Shown: positions 1-7,934, counted from the stretch's first letter. The stretch is 20,000 nt of DNA from Dehalococcoidia bacterium (GCA_041494685.1 JBGQBE010000013.1:54735-74734); one strand, 5' to 3'. Notes: generated by a model from the sequence alone, not told the origin. Numbers and translations: made by a program.

Positions 1-2
1 GG

Positions 3-173
3 CAGATCATGTTCCGTTGCGGCGTCTGCCGCGTGGCTCTCACGAAAGAAGACTTCTTCGAGATGAGCCTGCGCCTTCCCGATTCGGGCGAGTCCAAGGA
101 CGACTACTGCGAAGCCGAACTGATCGACGAGATGTCGCACACCGCGTGCCTGCGCGCCGCTCGCGCCGGCTGA
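3..173 (+). CDS. Small hypothetical protein with CxxC...HxxC motif (putative Zn-binding); may be 5'-truncated, first ATG at 9
   Basis: Hand translation (absent from the ORF track): (QI)MFRCGVCRVALTKEDFFEMSLRLPDSGESKDDYCEAELIDEMSHTACLRAARAG, stop TGA 171-173. Codons are GC3-rich like neighbouring genes, and it ends just before the next promoter. Confidence 0.6.
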   Translation, partial: QIMFRCGVCRVALTKEDFFEMSLRLPDSGESKDDYCEAELIDEMSHTACLRAARAG

Positions 174-181
174 CACGCAAG

Positions 182-210
182 TTGACGTTGATGCCCGATA
201 GCGATAGCGT
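182..210 (+). promoter_or_regulatory. Sigma70-type promoter driving the riboswitch-CaCA transcript
   Basis: TTGACG (182-187), 17 nt spacer, TAGCGT (205-210). The predicted TSS near 217 lies just before the aptamer. Confidence 0.65.
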
Positions 211-222
211 GCGAGCGTCCCA

Positions 223-331
223 CAAAGGGGAGTAACTGGCCCGCCGACCGGCGGGCAGTCCGGATCGCCAGACCCGGCCTACAAGCCCGGTCCGGACAAC
301 CCCGCCTCACGCGGGGGCGGTGAGACCTTTG
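223..331 (+). ncRNA. yybP-ykoY: yybP-ykoY manganese riboswitch aptamer (four-way junction)
   Basis: Signature CAAAGGGGAGTA...GTGAGACCTTTG. Hand fold: P1 223-228/326-331; L1 GGAGUA 229-234 / GAGA 322-325; P1.1 235-238/318-321; P2 239-245/250-256; P3 258-267/288-297 with L3 CCAGACCC 268-275 and upper stem 276-278/285-287; P4 300-305/311-316. Confidence 0.93.
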
Positions 332-359
332 ATGACATGTGTCATCGAAGGTCTTTTTT
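324..359 (+). terminator. Intrinsic terminator forming the riboswitch expression platform
   Basis: 13-bp stem GACCTTTGATGAC (324-336) / GTCATCGAAGGTC (341-353) with one G-U, 4-nt loop, then TTTTTT (354-359). Its 5' arm contains the 3' strand of aptamer P1, so the two folds are mutually exclusive. Confidence 0.9.
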
Positions 360-383
360 CTTGAGCGGGAGGCTCGGAAGCCG

Positions 384-1592
384 ATGGACGTCCGCAAGTG
401 GCGCTGGCCGCTGTTCATGGCGGCGCTCGCCTGGCCCGCAGCCACGCTCCGATTAGGGCTCTGGAGCACCGCGCTGCCGGCCGAGACCCTGTGCTACGGC
501 CTGGCGATCGTGTCGGCCGCGTTCCTGCTGACGTGGTGCGCCGAGGCGGCGGAGCGCGACATCCCGCGCACGCTGGCGCTGGCGGGGTTGGCGCTTGTCG
601 CCGTACTGCCGGAGTACGCGGTGGACATGCTGTTCGCCTGGAAGGCGGGCCGGGACCCGTCCTACGCGGCGTTCGCGACAGCCAACATGACGGGCGGTAA
701 CCGGCTGCTGGTGGGCCTGGGCTGGACGATGGTCGTGGGCATCTTCTGGCTGCGCACCCGCGGCAGCCTGCTGAAACTCGCCGAGACGCACCGCACCGAG
801 ATCGGCATCCTCGGCATCGCCACCGTCTACTCGTTCATCATCCCGCTGCGCGGCGGCATCACCCTGTTCGACGCGGCGTTCCTCGTGGGCCTCTTTGGCG
901 TGTACGTCTTCCTCGCGTCACGCGGCGAGATCGAAGAGGAGTCGTCGCTCGTCGGTCCGGCCGAGACGATCGCCAACCTGCCGACGAGGCAACGAAGGAG
1001 CGTCGTGCTGGCGATGTTCCTCTACGCGGGCGCAGGGATCCTCGTCGCCGCCGAGCCGTTCGCAGACGGGCTGATCCAGACCGGAGCGCAGTTCGGCATC
1101 GATGAGTTCCAGCTCGTGCAGTGGCTGGCGCCGCTGGCGTCGGAGTTCCCCGAGTTCCTCGTCGCCGGCTTGCTGGCGTGGCGGCTGCGCCCGGACGCGG
1201 CGCTGGGCGCGCTGGTGTCGTCGAAGGTCAACCAGTGGACGCTGCTCGTGGGCTGCCTGCCGATCGCCTACGCGATCTCGAGCGGCACCATCAACCCGTT
1301 GCCGACCGATACGCGACAGACGGAGGAGATGCTGCTGACGGCCGCGCAGAGCCTGCTGGCCGTGATCCTGCTGATCAACCTGCGGATGTCGCTGGCGGAG
1401 GCCGGTGCGCTGGCGGTGCTCTTCCTCGCCCAGTTCCTGACGCCGCACTCGATCGTACCGCGCAACGACTTCGCTGCGATGTACTTCGTGCTCGCAGCCG
1501 TGTTCCTGGTGCGGCAGTACTTCGAAATGCGGCCGTTCATGCGCCGCGTCCCGGCGGCGCCGCCCGAAGTGCCAGACCCGCCGCCGGCTTGA
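384..1592 (+). CDS. CaCA superfamily (Na+/Ca2+ exchanger-like) cation antiporter, candidate Mn2+ exporter
   Basis: Very hydrophobic multi-pass membrane protein with two alpha-repeat-like motifs (AVLPEYAVD...ANMTGGN; ASEFPEF...SSKVNQWTL) and an acidic central loop. Start placed at ATG 384 (GGGAGG at 367-372) because the ORF-track start at 339 falls inside the terminator. Confidence 0.88.
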   Translation: MDVRKWRWPLFMAALAWPAATLRLGLWSTALPAETLCYGLAIVSAAFLLTWCAEAAERDIPRTLALAGLALVAVLPEYAVDMLFAWKAGRDPSYAAFATANMTGGNRLLVGLGWTMVVGIFWLRTRGSLLKLAETHRTEIGILGIATVYSFIIPLRGGITLFDAAFLVGLFGVYVFLASRGEIEEESSLVGPAETIANLPTRQRRSVVLAMFLYAGAGILVAAEPFADGLIQTGAQFGIDEFQLVQWLAPLASEFPEFLVAGLLAWRLRPDAALGALVSSKVNQWTLLVGCLPIAYAISSGTINPLPTDTRQTEEMLLTAAQSLLAVILLINLRMSLAEAGALAVLFLAQFLTPHSIVPRNDFAAMYFVLAAVFLVRQYFEMRPFMRRVPAAPPEVPDPPPA

Positions 1593-1654
1593 CAGGCGTA
1601 TCCCGTCCGGCGGATCCTCTGCACCATCACGGATTCGCTGGAAGGAGTTGACGG

Positions 1655-2095
1655 ATCGATCCGCATCAGGAATCGCAGGCGCTGCTCCGGCAGGCGCGCG
1701 AGCGCCACGCCGCGCACGACGTCGCCGGCGGCGTCGACCTCGCGCGGCGTGCGGTCGCGGTCGACCCGGAGAACGCCGACGCGCTGGAGCACCTGGCGAC
1801 CGTACTGGTCACGCGCCGCGGCCAGTACGCCGAGGGGCTTGCGCTGATCGAGCGCGCGGTGGCGCTGCGGCCGGCCGACGCCGGCATGTGGTACGCGCTG
1901 GGCTGGTGCTGCGAATTCGCCGCCCACGAACTGCACCGGCGTCCGCCCGCGGGCGAGCACGTCCTCCCGCGCGCGCTCTACGAGCGCGCCGCCGAGGCGT
2001 TCCGCTCGTGCCTGGCGCTGCACCCGGACGGCAAGCTCCAGGGCGACGCCGAGGACCTGCTCGACCACGTCGAGAACACGCTGCTGTCGCTTTAG
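1655..2095 (+). CDS. Tetratricopeptide-repeat (TPR) protein, probable non-canonical ATC start
   Basis: The frame of ORF 1859..2095 stays open upstream to TGA 1649-1651 and encodes TPR-like helices (ARRAVAVDPENADALEHLA; IERAVALRPADAGMWYALG; AFRSCLALHPD). SD AAGGAG at 1642-1647 sits 7 nt before ATC 1655. Confidence 0.75.
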   Translation: MDPHQESQALLRQARERHAAHDVAGGVDLARRAVAVDPENADALEHLATVLVTRRGQYAEGLALIERAVALRPADAGMWYALGWCCEFAAHELHRRPPAGEHVLPRALYERAAEAFRSCLALHPDGKLQGDAEDLLDHVENTLLSL

Positions 2096-2129
2096 GCGGC
2101 GTGCGTTCGCACGTCCCCTGCCCTGCTCG

Positions 2130-2135
2130 TAGAAT
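2130..2135 (+). promoter_or_regulatory. Putative -10 element for the aminotransferase gene
   Basis: TAGAAT in the intergenic region about 50 nt upstream of ATG 2183; no clear -35. Confidence 0.45.
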
Positions 2136-2182
2136 GAGCTTCGTAGCGCGCATCAGGTTCACGCCGCAGGAAGGGCAGATCC

Positions 2183-3541
2183 ATGCCAGCAATCACCGAG
2201 CGTTATGTTGATCTACACCCCGGCTCGCGGCGGCTTCACGACCGCGCGGCGGCCCTCTTCCCGAACGGCGTCACGCACGACATGCGCCACACCTCGCCCT
2301 TCCCGCTCTACGTGGAGCGCGCGTCCGGGAGCCGCAAGCGCGACGTCGATGGCAACGAGATCATCGACTACGTCATGGGGCACGGCGCCCTCCTGCTGGG
2401 CCACCAGCACCCCGACGTCGTGCGCGCGGTGGCGGCGCAGGCGCAACGCGGCACGCACTACGGCGCGTCGCACGAACTCGAGATCCGCTGGGGCGAGCTG
2501 GTGCACCGCATCGTCCCGTCGGCGCAGAAGCTGCGCTTCACGTCGTCCGGCACCGAGGCGACGATGATGGCGCTGCGCCTGGCGCGCGCGTTCACCGGAC
2601 GCGAGAAAGTGCTACGACTCTACGACAACTTTCACGGCTGGAACGACAGCGTCACGGGCCAGCCCGTGCGCGAAGAGACGGTGCCGCGCGCGCCGGGGCT
2701 GCCCCGCGGCTTTCTCGACGCTTCGATCGTCATCCCCCAGAATGACGTCGCAGCGCTCGAGCGCACGCTGCGCGAGGACGGCGGCCAGATCGCCGCAATG
2801 ATCTTCGAAGGCACGGGCGCTCACTGGGGCACCAACCCGATCGACCTGGATTACGTGCGCCGCGCGCGCGAGCTGACGGCGCAGCTCGGCGTCGTGCTGA
2901 TCTTCGACGAGGTGATCACGGGGTTCCGCGTCGCGCCGGGCGGCGCGCAGGAGGCGTACGGCATCACGCCGGACATGACGACGATGGCGAAGATCCTGGC
3001 CGGCGGACTGCCGGGCGGCTGCGTCGCCGGTCGCGCGGACATCATCGACCAGATCGCGATCCCGGACGGAGCGACGCGCGCGAACGGCAGCGCGCGCATC
3101 GCGCATCCCGGCACGTTCAACGCGAACCCGCTCTCGTCGGCCGCGGGATCGGCGTGCCTTGCGCTGATCGCCGATGGCACGCACCAGCAGCGTGCGGCCG
3201 CCAGCGCGGCGACGCTTGCGCGCGCTCTGAACGCCGTGTTCCGCGACGAGTCAGTCGCCGGGTGCGTGTACGGCATCTCGTCGATGCTGCACGTCGCGCT
3301 GGGGATGGAGGAGCAGCCTCCCGACGGCTACGGCTGGGGCTTCGCGGCGCTGCCGGCGCCGCCGCCGCGCGCGTCGAACGCGGCGGACGGGGCGCTGCGG
3401 CTGGGCATGCTGAACGAGAGTGTGGACCTGATGGCGGGCGGCATGATGGTGTCGTCGGCGCACACCCAGGATGACATCGACCGCACCATCGAGGCGTTCC
3501 GGCGTACGCTGCGCGCGATGAAGGCCGAGTCGCTGATCTAG
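2183..3541 (+). CDS. Class-III PLP-dependent aminotransferase (glutamate-1-semialdehyde aminomutase-like)
   Basis: Motifs DVDGNEIIDY, GALLLGH, RFTSSGTEATMMALRLARAFTGR, LIFDEVITGFR, PDMTTMAKILAGGLPGG (PLP lysine) and HPGTFNANPLS. Confidence 0.9.
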   Translation: MPAITERYVDLHPGSRRLHDRAAALFPNGVTHDMRHTSPFPLYVERASGSRKRDVDGNEIIDYVMGHGALLLGHQHPDVVRAVAAQAQRGTHYGASHELEIRWGELVHRIVPSAQKLRFTSSGTEATMMALRLARAFTGREKVLRLYDNFHGWNDSVTGQPVREETVPRAPGLPRGFLDASIVIPQNDVAALERTLREDGGQIAAMIFEGTGAHWGTNPIDLDYVRRARELTAQLGVVLIFDEVITGFRVAPGGAQEAYGITPDMTTMAKILAGGLPGGCVAGRADIIDQIAIPDGATRANGSARIAHPGTFNANPLSSAAGSACLALIADGTHQQRAAASAATLARALNAVFRDESVAGCVYGISSMLHVALGMEEQPPDGYGWGFAALPAPPPRASNAADGALRLGMLNESVDLMAGGMMVSSAHTQDDIDRTIEAFRRTLRAMKAESLI

Positions 3542-3543
3542 CG

Positions 3544-3780
3544 CTACTTCTCGGGAAACGTCACGAGCGACGTGGTGCTCTCGATGCCCGGGATGGTGCG
3601 GATCTTGTCGCTCAGGATCGGCGGCACCTCGCTCAGCGATTCGACCTGCAGCTCGATGACGATGTCGTACGGCCCCATCACCTCGTGCATCTCTTTCACG
3701 CCCTGGACATTGTGGAGCGCCGCAACCACCTCTTTCGTCGCGCCAGGGTTCGTCACTACGAGCACATAGGCCTTGATCAC
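3544..3780 (-). CDS. Stand-alone Lrp/AsnC ligand-binding (RAM) domain protein, no HTH
   Basis: 78 aa: KAYVLV...VKEMHEVMGPYDIVIEL...IRTIPGIESTTSLV is the AsnC C-terminal domain pattern. GTG start with AGGAGG SD. Confidence 0.88.
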   Translation of the reverse strand: MIKAYVLVVTNPGATKEVVAALHNVQGVKEMHEVMGPYDIVIELQVESLSEVPPILSDKIRTIPGIESTTSLVTFPEK

Positions 3781-3970
3781 GGCTGCGCCTCCTGCATCTG
3801 CTTAACGGTATGATCACTTGCTCTGGTGGGGCGGACGGCGGATACTGGGAGTCGCGCCCGGCCCGCGGGCGCGCTATGGCGTATAGGTACAGCGATCGGG
3901 GCACCCACGTCAAACGGTGCGTCCTCCCAGAATCGGAGTTCCCGGACACGCCGCGAGCCGACCGGTGCGC

Positions 3971-3976
3971 TACAAT
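3971..3976 (+). promoter_or_regulatory. Putative -10 element for the CBS-korAB-CBS operon
   Basis: TACAAT about 75 nt upstream of GTG 4050, followed by a possible leader hairpin (3987-4014). Confidence 0.5.
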
Positions 3977-4049
3977 GGTTCCGAAGCGCTCGTGCGCAGA
4001 CTGACGTGCGAGCGGGCCGCGCCGGACAAGGGCGAGGCAGAGGCCAAAC

Positions 4050-4514
4050 GTGGTCGAAGAGATATTTCAGACCGACCCCATCTCCGCTCTCGGACTTCCT
4101 CCCCCCGTCTCCATTGGACGTGATGCCAGCGTAGGCGCAGCCCTTGCGGCCGTGCAGAAGCACGGCATGGGCTACGTGCTCGTCGTCGACGCGGGCAGGC
4201 CCGTCGGGCTGATGAGCGAGCGCGAAGTCCTGATGCGGATCGTCGCGCGCGATGTGAAGTACGACGAAAGCGTCGACAAATACATGTCGCACGCCCCCGA
4301 GAGCCTGACGCTCAAGGATCCGATCGCGACGGCGGTGCGGATGATGAACGAGGGCGGAGAGCGCAACATCCCGATCGTGGACGAGACCGGGGCGGCGGTG
4401 GCCGTCCTGCGGACGCTCGACATTATCCACTTCCTGGCGGAGGTATTCCCGGCGCAAGTCATGAACCTGCCGCCGCGGCCTCACCAGATGATCCCGGAGC
4501 CGGAGGGGGCCTAG
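4050..4514 (+). CDS. CBS-pair (Bateman) domain protein
   Basis: Two CBS motifs ([29 protein letters not shown]...[16 protein letters not shown]) plus a C-terminal [10 protein letters not shown] tail. Its stop overlaps the korA start (TAGTG). Confidence 0.88.
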   Translation: MVEEIFQTDPISALGLPPPVSIGRDASVGAALAAVQKHGMGYVLVVDAGRPVGLMSEREVLMRIVARDVKYDESVDKYMSHAPESLTLKDPIATAVRMMNEGGERNIPIVDETGAAVAVLRTLDIIHFLAEVFPAQVMNLPPRPHQMIPEPEGA

Positions 4515-6376
4515 TGACAACGCTGACGAGAGAATCCGAACAGCCGGAGCATTCGGAAGTCCTGGAGCTAGAGCGGGTAACCATCCGTTTCGCGGGCGAC
4601 TCCGGCGACGGTATGCAGCTCGCAGGCACGCAGTTCACGAAGACATCCGCGGTCGCGGGCAACGACATCTCCACTTTCCCCGACATCCCCGCAGAGATCC
4701 GGGCGCCGCAGGGCTCCCTCCCCGGCGTCAGCGGCTTCCAGGTCAGCTTCTCCAGCCAGGAGATCTACACCCCCGGCGACGCGCCCGATGTGCTGGTCGC
4801 GATGAACCCGGCCGCCCTGAAGACGAACCTCGCGGACCTGCCACGCGGCGGACTGCTGGTGGTGAACGAGGACGAGTTCAACGAGACGAACCTGAAGAAG
4901 GCGGCGTACGCAGCCAACCCGCTGGAAGACGACAGCCTCAAGGCATACCGGCTCTACCGCGTGCCCATCTCGGCGCTGAACTCCCGGGCGCTGGCCGACA
5001 GCGGGCTGACGGCGGTGCAGATCGACCGCTGCAAGAACATGTTCGCGCTGGGGCTGATGTTCTGGATGTACAGCCGCGAGCTCGACACGACCACGCACTG
5101 GATCGAGGATAAGTTCGGCAAGAACCCGAAGGTCGCCGAAGGCAACAAGGCCGCGCTGAAGGCGGGATACCATTTCGGCGAGACGACCGAGATGTTCGCC
5201 ACGCACTACCACGTGCCGAAGGCGAAGCTGAAGCCGGGCCTCTACCGCAACATCACGGGCAACGAGGCGACGGCGCTGGGGTTCCTGACCGCGTCGAAAC
5301 TCGCGGGGCGGCCGCTGTTCTACGGCAGCTACCCGATCACGCCGGCGAGCGACGTGCTGCACGAACTCGCGCGCTTCAAGCGCTTCGGCGTGAAGACGTT
5401 CCAGGCCGAGGATGAGATCGCGGCGATCGGATCTGCCATCGGCGCGTCGTTCGGCGGCGCGCTGGCGCTCACGGGCACCAGCGGCCCGGGCCTGGCGCTG
5501 AAAAGCGAGGCGATCGGCCTCGCGGTGATGGTGGAGCTGCCCCTGGTGATCATGGACGTGCAGCGCGCCGGCCCCAGCACGGGCATGCCGACAAAGACCG
5601 AGCAGGGCGACCTGCTCCAGGCGATGTTCGGACGCAACGGCGAATCGCCGGTAGCGATTGTCGCGCCGGCGACGGCGTCCGACTGTTTCCACGTGGCGAT
5701 CGAGGCGTTCCGTATCGCGGTCAAGTACCGCACGCCGGTGATCTTTCTGTCGGACGGCTACCTCGGCATGGGCTCCGAGCCGTGGCTGGTGCCGGACTTC
5801 ACGACGCTGCCGCCGATCGACCCGGACTTCGCCACGGACCCGGCGACATTCAAGCCGTACGCGCGCAACCCGGAGACGCTCGCGCGCCCGTGGGCCGTCC
5901 CCGGCACGCCGGATCTCGAGCACCGCATCGGCGGACTCGAGAAGGCGGACATCACGGGCAACGTCAGCTACGACGCCGCAAACCACGACAAGATGGTCCG
6001 GCTGCGCGCCGCCAAGATCGAGAAGATCGTGCAGGACGTGCCCGATCTCGAAGTCGCGGGCGACCAGTCCGGGGGGCTGCTCGTGCTTGGCTGGGGCAGC
6101 ACGTACGGCGTCATCACGACCGCCGTACAGCGGGCGCGGGCGCAGGGCAAGAAGGTCTCGGCGGCGCACCTGCGCCACCTGAACCCGCTGCCCGCGAACT
6201 TGGGCGACGTGCTGATGCGCTACGACCGGGTGCTCATGCCGGAGATCAACCTGGGGCAGATGCGCATGCTGGTGCGGGCGCGCTACCTCGTCGACGTCGT
6301 GGGGCTGAACAAGGTCTCGGGCCGCCCCTTCACCATCGCAGAGATCGAGAACAAGATCGCCGAGCTCGTCGGCTAG
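4514..6376 (+). CDS. korA: 2-oxoacid:ferredoxin (acceptor) oxidoreductase alpha subunit, fused gamma-alpha type
   Basis: [79 protein letters not shown]. Substrate (2-oxoglutarate versus other 2-oxoacids) cannot be fixed from sequence. Confidence 0.95.
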   Translation: MTTLTRESEQPEHSEVLELERVTIRFAGDSGDGMQLAGTQFTKTSAVAGNDISTFPDIPAEIRAPQGSLPGVSGFQVSFSSQEIYTPGDAPDVLVAMNPAALKTNLADLPRGGLLVVNEDEFNETNLKKAAYAANPLEDDSLKAYRLYRVPISALNSRALADSGLTAVQIDRCKNMFALGLMFWMYSRELDTTTHWIEDKFGKNPKVAEGNKAALKAGYHFGETTEMFATHYHVPKAKLKPGLYRNITGNEATALGFLTASKLAGRPLFYGSYPITPASDVLHELARFKRFGVKTFQAEDEIAAIGSAIGASFGGALALTGTSGPGLALKSEAIGLAVMVELPLVIMDVQRAGPSTGMPTKTEQGDLLQAMFGRNGESPVAIVAPATASDCFHVAIEAFRIAVKYRTPVIFLSDGYLGMGSEPWLVPDFTTLPPIDPDFATDPATFKPYARNPETLARPWAVPGTPDLEHRIGGLEKADITGNVSYDAANHDKMVRLRAAKIEKIVQDVPDLEVAGDQSGGLLVLGWGSTYGVITTAVQRARAQGKKVSAAHLRHLNPLPANLGDVLMRYDRVLMPEINLGQMRMLVRARYLVDVVGLNKVSGRPFTIAEIENKIAELVG

Positions 6377-6390
6377 TCAGAGGCAAGGAC

Positions 6391-7422
6391 ATGGTAACGG
6401 CGAAACGCGGTGAACCGGTCGGTGTGCTGTCGCGCAAGGACTTCGTGTCGGATCAGGAAGTGCGCTGGTGCCCCGGCTGCGGCGACTACTCGATCCTGGC
6501 GCAGACGCAGAAGGTGATGCCTGAGCTCGGCATCCCGCGCGAGAACATCGTATTCATCTCCGGCATCGGCTGCTCCAGCCGGCTGCCGTACTACATGAAC
6601 ACGTACGGCTTCCACAGCATCCACGGACGCGCGGCGACCATCGCCAGCGGCCTGAAGGCGGCGCGGCCGGAGCTAAGCGTCTGGGTGACGACGGGCGACG
6701 GCGACGCGCTGAGCATCGGCGGCAACCACCTGCTGCACGTGCTGCGCCGCAACGTGGACCTGCAGATCGTCCTGCACAACAACGAGATCTACGGTCTGAC
6801 GAAGGGCCAGTACTCTCCGACGTCGGAATTCGGCAAGCGGACGAAGTCGTCGCCGTACGGCACGATCGACCGTCCGCTGCAGCCCCTCAGCGTCGCCATC
6901 GGAGCGGAGGCGACGTTTGTGGCACGGAGCATCGACGCGGACGCGCACCACCTGGTGGCGACGCTGGAACGCGCGTACAAGCACCGCGGCGCGTCGTTCG
7001 TCGAGGTCTTCCAGAACTGCAACATCTTCAACGACGGTGCCTTCGCGGAGTTCACCGCGAAGGAGGTGCGCGCCGACCGCACGATCGTGCTGGAGCACGG
7101 CAAGCCGATGATCTTCGGCAAGGAGCGGGACAAGGGCATCCGCCTCAACGGCACGAAGCTCGAGGTGGTGCAACTGGGTAACGGCGTCACCGAGACCGAC
7201 TTACTGGTGCATGACGAACAGCGCGACGACCCATCGATCGCGTTCATGCTCAGCCGCATGCAATGGCCGGAGTGCCCCGTGGCGCTCGGCGTGCTGCGCG
7301 CCGTGGACCGACCGACGTACGACACGCTCATGACTGAGCAGATCGAGCACGCGATCGCGGCCGAGGGCGAAGGCGATCTGAAAGACATCTTCCTCGAAGG
7401 CGACACCTGGACGGTGGAGTAG
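6391..7422 (+). CDS. korB: 2-oxoacid:ferredoxin oxidoreductase beta subunit (TPP-binding)
   Basis: WCPGCGD, SGIGCSSR, HSIHGRA, TPP motif GDGDALSIGGNH...NNEIYGLTKGQYSPT, FQNCNIFN. Start ATG 6391 is 14 nt after the korA stop. Confidence 0.95.
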   Translation: MVTAKRGEPVGVLSRKDFVSDQEVRWCPGCGDYSILAQTQKVMPELGIPRENIVFISGIGCSSRLPYYMNTYGFHSIHGRAATIASGLKAARPELSVWVTTGDGDALSIGGNHLLHVLRRNVDLQIVLHNNEIYGLTKGQYSPTSEFGKRTKSSPYGTIDRPLQPLSVAIGAEATFVARSIDADAHHLVATLERAYKHRGASFVEVFQNCNIFNDGAFAEFTAKEVRADRTIVLEHGKPMIFGKERDKGIRLNGTKLEVVQLGNGVTETDLLVHDEQRDDPSIAFMLSRMQWPECPVALGVLRAVDRPTYDTLMTEQIEHAIAAEGEGDLKDIFLEGDTWTVE

Positions 7423-7424
7423 CT

Positions 7425-7934
7425 ATGCTCTGTCCCGAATGCCGGCACGACAACATCGAGGGCGTAGACCAGTGCGCGAACTGCGGGCACGACCTGTCGA
7501 GCCTTGACCACGCCGATGGCCGCGCCGGATCGGGCGGCCCGGCGTTCATCCACGAGCGGCTGCGGGAGATCCCCGCGCAGTCGCCGGTGCGCGTCGCGAC
7601 GACCGACCCGGTGGGCTTGGCGGTGCGGCTGATGCAGAACGCGGATACCAACTGCGTTCTCGTGATGGGCGGCACGCAACTCGTCGGCATCATCACGCCA
7701 TGGGACATCCTGCACAAAGTCGCCGGACCGAATGAGGACCTGAACGCCGTCACGTGCGGCCAGATCATGACCGCCGACCCGGTGTTCCTGCGCGACGACG
7801 ATGAGATCGCCGTGGCGCTGAACAAGATGTCGATTGGGGGATTCCGTCACATCCCGCTGCTGCAGGGCGGCATGCCGACCGGCGTCGTCAGCATCAGCGA
7901 CCTCTTCCGGCACATCGCGCACCACCTGGCGTAA
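7425..7934 (+). CDS. CBS-pair protein with N-terminal zinc ribbon
   Basis: MLCPECRHDNIEGVDQCANCGHDL (CxxC-x10-CxxC) followed by two CBS motifs (NCVLVMGGTQLVGIITPWDIL; IMTADPVFL...GFRHIPLLQGGMPTGVVSISDL). Starts 2 nt after the korB stop. Confidence 0.9.
   Translation: MLCPECRHDNIEGVDQCANCGHDLSSLDHADGRAGSGGPAFIHERLREIPAQSPVRVATTDPVGLAVRLMQNADTNCVLVMGGTQLVGIITPWDILHKVAGPNEDLNAVTCGQIMTADPVFLRDDDEIAVALNKMSIGGFRHIPLLQGGMPTGVVSISDLFRHIAHHLA

Noticed and set aside
339..383. ORF-track N-terminal extension of the CaCA gene (GTG 339)
   Set aside because: It lies within the riboswitch terminator hairpin and U-tract; ATG 384 has an SD.
1589..1618. TTGACA overlapping the CaCA stop as a promoter for the TPR gene
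   Set aside because: The matching -10 (GATCCT at 18 nt) is poor, so it cannot be distinguished from read-through of the upstream transcript.
1649..1651. In-frame TGA codons just upstream of the TPR and acyP coding regions as selenocysteine or read-through sites
   Set aside because: They lie in or next to the SD, upstream sequence shows no family-like coding signal, and no SECIS-like hairpin was recognised.
1648..2211. 187-aa Arg-rich ORF starting at TTG directly after AAGGAG
   Set aside because: Zero SD spacing and low-complexity Arg/Ala/Pro content typical of an off-frame GC-rich read; the overlapping frame encodes clear TPR motifs.
3781..4049. 269-nt divergent intergenic region as a possible ncRNA or riboswitch (GC hairpins near 3853-3873 and 3987-4014, two TGATCAC copies)
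   Set aside because: No recognisable aptamer consensus, and short GC hairpins are expected by chance. A covariance search would be needed.
5782..6390. Long upstream extension of korB in the ORF track; similar extensions for glcF (11946), deoD (13919) and the lipoprotein (16475)
   Set aside because: They overlap bona fide genes in another frame and translate to Arg/Gly/Ala-rich nonsense, an artefact of stop-codon scarcity. No frameshift or fusion is needed.
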